Shown: positions 9,301 through 18,099 of the stretch, in pieces
How the letters are laid out: every line of letters begins with the position of its first letter
Position numbering within the stretch: position 1 is the stretch's first letter
NCBI GenBank assembly: GCA_049975405.1
Contig: JBNGDK010000004.1
Location: 270-64,269, forward strand
Direction of reading: 5' to 3'
DNA from: Candidatus Methanospirareceae archaeon
GTDB taxonomy: Archaea; Halobacteriota; Syntropharchaeia; Alkanophagales; Methanospirareceae
Length of the DNA stretch: 64,000 bases
Made by a program: the position numbers and the translations under genes
Notes under the pieces: model-generated
The model's database searches: none
The model's input: the letters and a program-made list of their open reading frames with translations, nothing else
Told to the model about the DNA's origin: nothing

Positions 9301-10119
9301 TCAGTCGAGTTGAGCCATAAGGGCAACGATCTCAGGCGCCGAGCATACCGCTTCTGGCTGACCCTCGGTCAGGTCACAAATTAACGCGGTCAGGATCTGC
9401 TCCTCCTGCGCTTCGCCAAGGGTAATGTTTGCACCAATACGATAATAGCTGCAACCCAATACGGTGGTTGGAATGGTCCCGCCGGGGTTGTAGGAAGCAA
9501 AGACCTCGCTATCCACAATGGCATTCATATTATCATGAAGAGCGATGTACCCGTCGAATTTTGAAGTCACGTTGAGGAGGATCGGGTGCTCCCACTGGCA
9601 GGCGCTACAACTGGGAGCGCCAAAGAAATAAATGATCGGCTTGCCCTCCTCGGTACAGAGCGGATCCTCGCTCCTGATGTAGTCGCCAATGGTTTTACCA
9701 GACTGCTGTTCACGATTGCGCTGCTCCTCCAGTGCCCGTTGCGCTTCTACCCGCTCGACATAGTCGTCGATGTTCGTGGCGCCGAGGAAGAGCAGCTCGC
9801 CATCCTTCGTCATATACACCTCGCGCATCTCCGTGGCCCCGAGCATCGAGACAGTAACCGCGATTTCATACAGGCCCGATTGCTCATCCGTGGTAACTGA
9901 AGCCAGCGAAGCTTCGACACCCTGCGGAATAGCATACGTTGTGAGGAATTCGATTGCTCGTTCACCTGCCGCTTCCGGTGTCAGAGTATCTGCCGGTTTG
10001 GGAGTGGGGGGCGTAGACGGTGCTGAGGGCGCAGAGAAAACGGAATACCCTATGACCGCCCCGAGGATAATTCCCACGATAACACCTAGTACCAGAAAGC
10101 CAACCGATGCGGTCTTCAT
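9301..10119 (-). CDS. Membrane-anchored secreted thioredoxin-fold protein with a CxxC motif
   Basis: It has an N-terminal TM helix and a PT-rich linker. Its first domain (PEAAGERAIEFL...VYMTKDGELLF) is shared with the upstream paralog. The C-terminal domain carries APSCSACQWEH, the CxxC motif of a thioredoxin fold. Confidence 0.55.
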   Translation of the reverse strand: MKTASVGFLVLGVIVGIILGAVIGYSVFSAPSAPSTPPTPKPADTLTPEAAGERAIEFLTTYAIPQGVEASLASVTTDEQSGLYEIAVTVSMLGATEMREVYMTKDGELLFLGATNIDDYVERVEAQRALEEQRNREQQSGKTIGDYIRSEDPLCTEEGKPIIYFFGAPSCSACQWEHPILLNVTSKFDGYIALHDNMNAIVDSEVFASYNPGGTIPTTVLGCSYYRIGANITLGEAQEEQILTALICDLTEGQPEAVCSAPEIVALMAQLD

Positions 10120-10138
10120 CTCGTTTCAATCACCTCAT

Positions 10139-10594
10139 TCATGATAAGCCCTGAGTCGCTGCCATCTCCTCGAATTCGTCGATGTTTATCGCGCCCGGGA
10201 AGAGCACTGCACCATCTTTCGTGACATGCACTACCTGCTGTTCCCATGCACTCTGCGTGGAGACATTGACCGTAACCTGGTAGAGATTCGCCGTTTCCAG
10301 CTCGGTAACGTTCACTAATGAAACATTAATTTCAGGCGATACGGCATAATTCGCAAGGAAATCGATTGTGTGTGCGCCAGCTGCTTCCGGGCTCAGTACG
10401 CCGTCCGATGGTCCGGCGGACGACGATAGGAATGACTGACCTGAGAAGATGGAGCTGCCACTGGCTATACCCAGGATCAGGCCGATAATGAGCCCTATCG
10501 CCAGGAAGCCAATGTTAAAGCTCTGGTTGCCCTTGTCCTTCGATCTCTTCGGGGCCTCGCTTGACATCGTGAGTACCGCTAAAAGTACAGGCAT
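10139..10594 (-). CDS. Membrane-anchored paralog of the thioredoxin-fold protein's N-terminal domain, without a Trx domain
   Basis: It has a TM helix, then PEAAGAHTIDFLANYAV...VVHVTKDGAVLF, which is collinear with domain 1 of the 9301-10119 protein. Confidence 0.45.
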   Translation of the reverse strand: MPVLLAVLTMSSEAPKRSKDKGNQSFNIGFLAIGLIIGLILGIASGSSIFSGQSFLSSSAGPSDGVLSPEAAGAHTIDFLANYAVSPEINVSLVNVTELETANLYQVTVNVSTQSAWEQQVVHVTKDGAVLFPGAINIDEFEEMAATQGLS

Positions 10595-10646
10595 CCCTGT
10601 ATAAAAAGCTCGCGCTACTTTTTACCTTAAACGGTAAGTAGCTACT

Positions 10647-11663
10647 ATGGAGCAGAGTTCTTATGAGTTCGAGCTCGAGCGGGTAGCAGCTCTGGTACGA
10701 GAACGAGGAGCAACACGGGTGGGTTTACAGCTCCCTGATGGGCTCAGATCGGTGGCCGTTTCACTCGCCGACGAAATCGCGCAGGAGACTGGGGCCGTCG
10801 TGATTATCTCCGGTAATTCCTGCTATGGCGCCTGCGACATCGACGAGAAGCTGGCCTGTATGGTTGAGCTGCTCTTCCATTTCGGGCATTCGAGCGCGCT
10901 CTTCGCTCAGCGGCGCTTACGTACACCGACAGGTGATACGACGACCGGATTGCGGCCGGCCGAGACGGTGATCTTCATCGAGCTTAGAAGTACCAGTGAT
11001 ATCAAGCCCGTGGTGGAGCAGGCAGCAGCGGAGATTATCGGTGAGTGCGTTGGGCTTGTAGCGACCGTTCAGCACGTGCACGCCCTTGAAGATGCGAGGG
11101 CGGTACTCAGGCACGCGGGCAAGGCCGCTACGATAAGTAAAAGTTTACTGGTCGGCGCTGCCCCGGGATTGGTCCTGGGCTGCGAGTTCGGCGCTGCTCG
11201 TGCGGTGCCCAACGACGAGATTTTGTTCATCGGCAGTGGCGGCTTCCATCCCGCGGGCATCGCGCTGTACACGGGCAAGCGCGTTATTGCGGCCGATCCA
11301 TTCACCAAGCAGGTGCACGTATTCGAGCCCGATGAGCTGAGGAAGAAGCGCTACCTGGTTATTGCCCGTGCACTCGATGCGCAGACCTTTGGGATACTTG
11401 TAGGCACCAAGAGCGGCCAGTGCAAGCTCGAAGATGCGGTGGTCATGCAGCGAACGGCGATCGCTAAAGGCCGGAATGCGTACGTTATTGCGCTCGACGA
11501 GATCTGCGAGGCGAATTTACTCGGCTATGCCGTTGATGCGTTCGTTAACACTGCATGTCCACGCCTGGTAGAGGATTTGGTCGCGTTTAAGAAGCCCGTT
11601 CTCACAATCGCTGAGTTCGAAGTGGTGCTCGGCGAGCGGAGCTGGGATGAGTTGTGGCAATAG
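10647..11663 (+). CDS. dph2: Diphthamide biosynthesis protein Dph2, the radical-SAM 2-(3-amino-3-carboxypropyl)histidine synthase
   Basis: 338 aa with Dph2 three-domain architecture and conserved Cys residues (NSCYGACD, LVLGCEFG, NTACPRL). Confidence 0.85.
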   Translation: MEQSSYEFELERVAALVRERGATRVGLQLPDGLRSVAVSLADEIAQETGAVVIISGNSCYGACDIDEKLACMVELLFHFGHSSALFAQRRLRTPTGDTTTGLRPAETVIFIELRSTSDIKPVVEQAAAEIIGECVGLVATVQHVHALEDARAVLRHAGKAATISKSLLVGAAPGLVLGCEFGAARAVPNDEILFIGSGGFHPAGIALYTGKRVIAADPFTKQVHVFEPDELRKKRYLVIARALDAQTFGILVGTKSGQCKLEDAVVMQRTAIAKGRNAYVIALDEICEANLLGYAVDAFVNTACPRLVEDLVAFKKPVLTIAEFEVVLGERSWDELWQ

Positions 11664-11743
11664 CTGAGCGTGAATAGCGGGCAATACGAGGCCTAAATCC
11701 AGGATAACTTTATAGCCGGACGACCCCTTTAGGATGATGGAAG

Positions 11744-12454
11744 ATGACGCTCGGTATCATTGGCGGGACGAGTCTATTCGGCACGAAAGTGCTCGACGAT
11801 GTGGAGGAGCGCGAAGTAACGACTGCCTATGGCCCGGTTTACCTGCTTGTTACGACTGTTTATTCACAGGAGATCGTTTTCATTCCGCGGCACGGCAAGG
11901 ATCGAAACATTCCGCCGCATCAGATCAATTATAAAGCGAATATGCGCGTATTCAAGGACCTGGGCGTGGATAAAATCATCAGCGTTACTTCGGTGGGCAG
12001 TGTAAAGCGAGCTCTACCACCACGATCATTAATCGTTCCGCATGATTACATCGGATTGTTCAATATCCTCACGTATTACGACCACGAAATCGTTCATATT
12101 ACACCAGGCCTGGATGAAGCGTTGCGAAATCGGCTCATTGTTGCTGCACGATCACGGGCTATAAACATTGTGGAGCACGGTGTGTATTTCCAGACCCTCA
12201 GTCCGCGGCTGGAGACGAAAGCGGAGATAAATTTGATCAAGGATTATGCGGATATCGTGGGGATGAATATGGCGACGGAAGCGACGCTGGCGACGGAATT
12301 GGGCTTGCGCTACGCGAACATCAGCACCGTGGATAACTACGCGCATGGCATCGTCGAGGAGCCATTGGCTTATAAAGATATTGTCGCAGCGGCCGCACAA
12401 AGCCGCGCGGACGTGGAGAAGGTGTTGCTGAAGGTTATTGGAGATATGGACTGA
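11744..12454 (+). CDS. mtnP: 5'-methylthioadenosine / purine nucleoside phosphorylase (PNP family I)
   Basis: 236 aa with MTLGIIGGTSL, PRHGKD and VGMNMATEATLA, the PNP/MTAP motifs. Confidence 0.85.
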   Translation: MTLGIIGGTSLFGTKVLDDVEEREVTTAYGPVYLLVTTVYSQEIVFIPRHGKDRNIPPHQINYKANMRVFKDLGVDKIISVTSVGSVKRALPPRSLIVPHDYIGLFNILTYYDHEIVHITPGLDEALRNRLIVAARSRAINIVEHGVYFQTLSPRLETKAEINLIKDYADIVGMNMATEATLATELGLRYANISTVDNYAHGIVEEPLAYKDIVAAAAQSRADVEKVLLKVIGDMD

Positions 12455-12833
12455 ACTGGTCGGTTTCACGAAATAATCTCAATTGCATACTCATTGATCG
12501 GAGCTCATCTAACTATACTCTCTCCCCGTCAGCCCGTGTAAATCATAAACCAGCCTCAATATCTGCCTTATAATTCCACTTTTGCCCCCTTTTTTCTTCT
12601 GCAGCTCAAGCAATAATTTAGTTCTTTGTTATTTTTTTTATTTCAATAAAAATGTATATAAAGACTGCAAATAGCCCAGTGGTGAAAAAAATAAGAACTA
12701 TAGGTTTCCAAACAAGGTGCTGCACCGGTGTTATCGGCAGTAAACATAATGGTAGTACAACCCCAACAATAGTGAAATAAATGAGAGATATTATAAGCCA
12801 TTTAAAATTTTTTGGTAAAACTATTTGATTAAG

Positions 12834-13109
12834 TTAATTCATAAACTCTTTTAATATTGCGTTTTTACTAGATAGTTCCATCATTCTCTCCTCTTCTCTA
12901 ATAACGTTATTACTGTAATGTACTGTACCTGTGTGTTTTTCTTGCTCTAATTCCTTAATTTCTGCATTGATTTCGTTAATTCTGTTCTCTATTCGGCTTC
13001 TTTCACTTGCCATCATCATGACCCTACTTGTAACAAATGCACCCATTAATCCGACTATGGCCGCTGCTGATTGCGCTAGGGCAGAATAAAACCAATTTGG
13101 ATCAGTCAT
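12834..13109 (-). CDS. Small membrane / coiled-coil protein of unknown function, translationally coupled to the R-M enzyme
   Basis: 91 aa with one TM helix (ALAQSAAAIVGLMGAFV) followed by a coiled coil. There is a 4-nt overlap with the upstream R-M gene. The gene is AT-rich. Confidence 0.4.
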   Translation of the reverse strand: MTDPNWFYSALAQSAAAIVGLMGAFVTSRVMMMASERSRIENRINEINAEIKELEQEKHTGTVHYSNNVIREEERMMELSSKNAILKEFMN

Positions 13110-16090
13110 TCTCCCTCAACCACTTTTATCTCTTCCTCCGTTAGCCCATACAAGTCATAAACCAGTTTATCAATCTGCGCATCAACAATTTTTATTTGTC
13201 GTTCGTACAGCTCCTTGTCACGTTCCATCTTTGCCTCGTGGTATTTCTTCTGTAAATAGAGCATGTTCTCAACCAAGGAAACGACTTTATCGTGTTGTGC
13301 TTTTTCTTCGGGATCTGATAGATTAATTTTTGGAAAAGGTAAATCATAAAGTTTTGTTGCTTTTATTTGTGGAATAACTCTTAACTCCCCTTGAGTTGAT
13401 ATTTGATACAGGAATCCAAAAATGTTTGAGTGAAGTACTCCCAATACGAACTGATGTGATACCCTTGAATCCTTTTTTAACTTAAAAATATAAAGAGCAT
13501 CGGTCGCATAAAAATCTGAGCTTTCATCAAAGACAACGCTAATTTTTCTTGTTGTTGTCAAACCTATAAATTTTGGAGACTTAAAGATTCCCGGATTTCT
13601 TGGTCTATGAAGAGAAAACCATGGATGTTTGCCTTCTGCTACTTCACGGCATGTAATTTTGTCACGATATAAAGCTAAGTGATTTCTAACATTTGGATAT
13701 TTTTTAATATCATCTTTCCTTGTGAGATAAATAATTGATAAGGAGGAATCTATCGAACCATATCGCGATACATGTTGTCCAAGAACAACTTTCCGAAGTA
13801 CTTCCGGCTCGAACTCTTCTTTTTGGGCTTTCCAATCTTCAATAACAAAAGCCTCCAAGTAATCAGGAGTTATTCCTCTTTGAATTTCACCATCGAGAAT
13901 ACTCCTAAATTTAATATGATTATCCTTCAAACAGCTTAGGATCGAAACTCCTGAGAGATTTCTTGTAAAATAAGTGAAATACGAATCACTAAGCACAACA
14001 TTCTTCCAGTTCAGAAATGGGGAATACCCAATTTTAGAAAGTTGATTAGGTTTTTCATTAGAAGAAAAATCACGAAGATCAGCAACAATAAAGCCCCTTT
14101 TATTTGTTTCGTGTGCAACTCGTGAAACCACCAAAATTGTGGAGGTATTAAGGACATTCCTTCCGAAAACTTCAGTTCCCAGGTTTATTACAATATTAAC
14201 CTGAAAATCATTAATGAAGAAGCGGCGAAGATTTTGATTGTCTACTTGTGTTAGAAATGTGCTTGGGATTATCACCCCCAAGAGCCCTGATTTAGATAAA
14301 AGTTGCGATGATTTATGTAAGAAAAACATGAATGAATCAATCATTCTAATTATAATCTGGCTGTGCCTCTCGCGCAAATACTCTAGATCTTCATCTGGCA
14401 GAGTAGCACCCCACGGCGGATTCCCAATAACGCAATCGTACCCACCGCGTTTCATGATCTTCCCGAACCCTTTTTTGTCATCGTTCCAATCGAAGACGTT
14501 GATCCGCCGCATCTCATCTTCGTTAAAGAGCGTTGTCTGCTGCGTCTCGTAGAAATCGGGCCCGATGAGCGAATTCCCGCATTTGATATTATCTTCGAGA
14601 TTCGGCAGGATGCCCTCCAGCCCTAATTTCACCTGCTGGTTGATGCTCTCTCTACTCTCGTTCTCAAGCACCTTTAACAGCAAACTCAGTTTCGTTACTT
14701 CGACCGCCTGCTGGTCTATATCCACGCCGAAGATGTTATTGATAAGAATCCGCTTTTTCTCCGCCGTTGTCAGGTACCACTCGTTCTCTTTCACCTGAAA
14801 TACCGCGTTCTTGTGCTTCTTCGGCTGGTGACTGATGTACCAATCAAGATGATACTTCAGCAGGTACGTGTATGCGCCAATAAGGAAGCTCCCGGAGCCG
14901 CACGCAGGATCCAGAATCTTCAGTTCCGCGATCTCGTCCGGTGTCTTTCCCGTTATCAGCTTACCCACGGTGTTCTTGACAATATAGTCAACGATATACT
15001 GCGGCGTGTAATACACACCGCCCGCCTTTTTCACCTCCGGCTTCGTCTCCACCTTTGCCTGATGGCCCGCGGTCAATCGGATGACCTTACCCAGGAATTG
15101 CTCGTAAACGTTCCCCAGTATCTCGACTCCGAGCACTGAGAATTCGTACGGCGACTCTGGATAATACAGATGCCGAATGATCGTTTTCAAGACCTTATCA
15201 TCAATATGCAACGCGGGCGTTATTCTATCAGCCTCGAAATCGAATATGCCACTGTCGTATTTGGACTCCGCAAGTTTGAAGTGATTTAACAGGTGCTTGT
15301 AAACCTCATTGGATTCCGCTTTCGTCTGTAACTGGCCGTACGGTTCGATCCCTCTATCCTCGCAAATCCGCAGGAAGATGACTCGGTCTATAATCTTCTG
15401 TACCGCGTAGTTCAACTCGTAAATTGTTACGTCCGGATTGCGCAATGCGATGTTCTTGGCCAGCAACTCGCGCCAGGTCTCGATCTCCTTCAAAAATTCG
15501 GTATCAACTGCCGCCGTGCCCTTCTTGCCTTTGGTTGATTCCGCGTACCGATCAAAACTGCCTTTGAGTATCGCCTCTTTTGAAAAGACATCGTAGATCT
15601 CATCGAACCGATCGAGATAATCTTCAAACGTGTAATACGCGATCCTCCCCACACCAGTTTTGTCCGTTGCTTGAGGCTTGATCTGGCAGTCAAAGACCGA
15701 TAACTCCTCAAAATCCGTTAAGATCGATAACGGTAGTTTCGCACTCCATGCATACCGTCGCAACTGATACGAAGGACTGATATCCGCTTTTATGTTCACT
15801 GCCGGCTTCTTCGCTTCGACAAAGAACTTCCGTTGGCCACCAATCCTAAAGCTGTAATCCGGCGCCTTGGTTGAACGGCCCACTTTTATCGCGTCTTCGT
15901 GAATTACTTCCTTGTATTGCTCCGCATAGCCCTGGGCATTGCTCACATCCCAGCCCAGTGCTTCAAAGAAGGGATCAATAAATTCACGCCGGACCTGCGT
16001 CTCGTTATACGTAGATCGCTTATATACGTCAATGTTCGTTCGGAATCGCTCAACGAGTTCTTTAACCTTCTCCTTCGCTGCTTCCTTCAT
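13106..16090 (-). CDS. Type IIG/IIL fused restriction endonuclease and N6-adenine methyltransferase (MmeI/Eco57I-like)
   Basis: 994 aa. The N-terminus has a PD-(D/E)xK nuclease motif (APDYSF...FVEAKK). Methyltransferase motif I is ILDPACGSGSFL and motif IV is VIGNPPWGA. The C-terminal roughly 430 aa form the target-recognition region. The 3' half of the gene (about 13106-14400) is markedly AT-rich compared with the 5' half. Confidence 0.85.
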   Translation of the reverse strand: MKEAAKEKVKELVERFRTNIDVYKRSTYNETQVRREFIDPFFEALGWDVSNAQGYAEQYKEVIHEDAIKVGRSTKAPDYSFRIGGQRKFFVEAKKPAVNIKADISPSYQLRRYAWSAKLPLSILTDFEELSVFDCQIKPQATDKTGVGRIAYYTFEDYLDRFDEIYDVFSKEAILKGSFDRYAESTKGKKGTAAVDTEFLKEIETWRELLAKNIALRNPDVTIYELNYAVQKIIDRVIFLRICEDRGIEPYGQLQTKAESNEVYKHLLNHFKLAESKYDSGIFDFEADRITPALHIDDKVLKTIIRHLYYPESPYEFSVLGVEILGNVYEQFLGKVIRLTAGHQAKVETKPEVKKAGGVYYTPQYIVDYIVKNTVGKLITGKTPDEIAELKILDPACGSGSFLIGAYTYLLKYHLDWYISHQPKKHKNAVFQVKENEWYLTTAEKKRILINNIFGVDIDQQAVEVTKLSLLLKVLENESRESINQQVKLGLEGILPNLEDNIKCGNSLIGPDFYETQQTTLFNEDEMRRINVFDWNDDKKGFGKIMKRGGYDCVIGNPPWGATLPDEDLEYLRERHSQIIIRMIDSFMFFLHKSSQLLSKSGLLGVIIPSTFLTQVDNQNLRRFFINDFQVNIVINLGTEVFGRNVLNTSTILVVSRVAHETNKRGFIVADLRDFSSNEKPNQLSKIGYSPFLNWKNVVLSDSYFTYFTRNLSGVSILSCLKDNHIKFRSILDGEIQRGITPDYLEAFVIEDWKAQKEEFEPEVLRKVVLGQHVSRYGSIDSSLSIIYLTRKDDIKKYPNVRNHLALYRDKITCREVAEGKHPWFSLHRPRNPGIFKSPKFIGLTTTRKISVVFDESSDFYATDALYIFKLKKDSRVSHQFVLGVLHSNIFGFLYQISTQGELRVIPQIKATKLYDLPFPKINLSDPEEKAQHDKVVSLVENMLYLQKKYHEAKMERDKELYERQIKIVDAQIDKLVYDLYGLTEEEIKVVEGE

Positions 16091-17213
16091 TTATCTCCGT
16101 TTCTTTTTTAGATGCTTTCTTTTGACGCTCAGTCTTACGTTTTAGTTTCAATTTCATTTTATAATAGCTCAAGGGATGCCCAATCTTCTCACACACATCA
16201 TCACTATCACCGCAATTCCCGTAGGTCCGCATGGTTGAGCACGAGGGTGCTGAGTAGCGGGTACTGCCCAGCTCGCCCGAGATATGCACCACCTGATACC
16301 GCGTTCGCTCCTCATCGAAATCCGGTGAGCTCCTATAGAGCTCGATTATTTCGTCGACCGTCAAGCCCACGTTCAGCAAAAATGAGGTCACTGCGAACCG
16401 TGCGGTATGGGGCACATTAACCCCCGCACGGAGATTGCTCAGAATCGCCTTGATACAGGGCGGGAAGCTGGCAGGATCTTTTACCCGCATGCCCGTCTCA
16501 AACTCATTCTCATCTACCCGCTTCCGCCACGCTTCCAGCTCTGCTTTCAGATCCTTCGTGTACCGGAGCACCGATTCGCAGATCGCGGTGGGCACGTCAA
16601 GCGGCAGATCCTTACGTATACGCGCGTGAATCGCCTCTTGCAGAATACGCAAAAACTCGTTCGTTCGCAAATTCACCTGGCCGTTCTCGAGCGCACGATT
16701 CACCAGCTTCCAGCGCTTGTCACGGAGATTGACCGTGTAGCGCAGATATTCATTGAATGGGATTCGCACTGGAGCGTGCTCGTGCGGCAACTCCATAAAC
16801 TCGAGATGGAGCTCGAATTCACGTGCCATCTCGTAGAGTAGATCAGTATCGCCACCGCCAACCAATGACCCGGACGCCTCTTTCAGTGCCACGTACGCGG
16901 ATTTCGCCTCTGCGAGTGCAAAACGACGAACGAGGTGCTCGTTGTTGATACAGGAGACCAGAATACGAGCAAACGGATATGAGAGCAGCTCGATCTCCGC
17001 CTGAGTCCTGGTCATCACTGTCGGCTTACGAATCATTCCTGAACGGATCGTTTCACGCACGCGTTCCCTGCCACGCACGCGCGCACGCTCGAACGCGGCA
17101 CTGGAAATGAGCTCCTCGAGGGTAATGCCAGATGCTTCCACGTAACTCGTTGCCGCAGCCAGAAACGGAAAGTAGCTCAGGTGCGAAGCTTCTAATACCC
17201 CTTCCTCATTCAT
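16062..17213 (-). CDS. priL: DNA primase large subunit PriL
   Basis: 383 aa with a PriL helical domain and a C-terminal Fe-S cysteine set (CIKAIL...CSTMRTYGNCGD...C). Its 3' end overlaps the R-M start by 29 nt. Confidence 0.8.
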   Translation of the reverse strand: MNEEGVLEASHLSYFPFLAAATSYVEASGITLEELISSAAFERARVRGRERVRETIRSGMIRKPTVMTRTQAEIELLSYPFARILVSCINNEHLVRRFALAEAKSAYVALKEASGSLVGGGDTDLLYEMAREFELHLEFMELPHEHAPVRIPFNEYLRYTVNLRDKRWKLVNRALENGQVNLRTNEFLRILQEAIHARIRKDLPLDVPTAICESVLRYTKDLKAELEAWRKRVDENEFETGMRVKDPASFPPCIKAILSNLRAGVNVPHTARFAVTSFLLNVGLTVDEIIELYRSSPDFDEERTRYQVVHISGELGSTRYSAPSCSTMRTYGNCGDSDDVCEKIGHPLSYYKMKLKLKRKTERQKKASKKETEINEGSSEGEG

Positions 17214-17277
17214 ACGCTACCGAGCCTGTGCTGCTTCTACCCTGCCCGGCCCGTCAGGTCCATTTAGAATCTATTAT

Positions 17278-18030
17278 TCATTCAGATTCGATTCGTGGCG
17301 CGAGCAGATAGCTGACCTTGCCCTTACCCTCTGCCACGTCGAACTCGATCTGCAGCGGATAATCTTTGCCGAGGTTCAGTGTGATATTCGCCGCATGGCT
17401 CATGCCTTTACTCATCGCGGAGATATAATCGAGCGAGTAGAGCGAATGGAGTGTCCCGGGCGTCAAATGAATTAACTGCTCCTTCCTCAGCCCCAGGCGC
17501 AGCTTGTCCATCTCGCCCTCGACCTCCATGTAGAACTCCTCGCCGTCAACGCCGAGCACGATGTGGTCGCCGATCTTCTCTGCAGCCCGAATCGTCCGTC
17601 TGAATTCCTCGTTCTCGATCACCACCTGTACGGGGAAGTCGAGCTCAGGCACCTTCGGCTCTTTCCGCAACGACCCGGGATCAAGGAGCGAGACCGTATA
17701 ATCAAGACTGCCCATCTTGGTGAGCAACTTCTGGGCCTGCTCGTCCAGCCGCAACGCGACATCCTCTCGCCCACCAAAGCCCAGGATATCGTGCAGCTTG
17801 ACGAAATCGATACCCATTTCTATCGAGTCCGCTGCCGACTCCTTATCAAAACGGTAATCATCAAATGCCTCGCGGGCCAGCTCAAAGGAGACCATCGCCA
17901 CATTTGCGGGATCCACCGCTCTGAGCTGGAAACCACTCTCTGATATACGTAATTTACCTTCATCAACCACCGCGATAATTGACTCGATACATTCTTTTAA
18001 CACGTTAGCGTCTATCTTGGCCTCAAACAT
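17278..18030 (-). CDS. pcn: DNA polymerase sliding clamp PCNA
   Basis: 250 aa with the typical archaeal PCNA N-terminus MFEAKIDANVLKECIE and a two-domain length. Confidence 0.9.
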   Translation of the reverse strand: MFEAKIDANVLKECIESIIAVVDEGKLRISESGFQLRAVDPANVAMVSFELAREAFDDYRFDKESAADSIEMGIDFVKLHDILGFGGREDVALRLDEQAQKLLTKMGSLDYTVSLLDPGSLRKEPKVPELDFPVQVVIENEEFRRTIRAAEKIGDHIVLGVDGEEFYMEVEGEMDKLRLGLRKEQLIHLTPGTLHSLYSLDYISAMSKGMSHAANITLNLGKDYPLQIEFDVAEGKGKVSYLLAPRIESE

Positions 18031-18099
18031 TTCTCTCCGTCCCCCTCGGGCTTGTTATACTATGACCCCGTATATATTTAAACTATTCGGTGTGAGATC

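Noticed and set aside
16062-16090. 29-nt overlap between the priL 3' end and the R-M start, considered as a gene fusion or assembly error
   Set aside because: Both reading frames are independently well supported: PriL has its Fe-S C-terminus, and the R-M N-terminus has a typical HsdR-N-like start and a GGAG just upstream. A short convergent-to-tandem overlap is plausible, but the exact R-M start remains uncertain.
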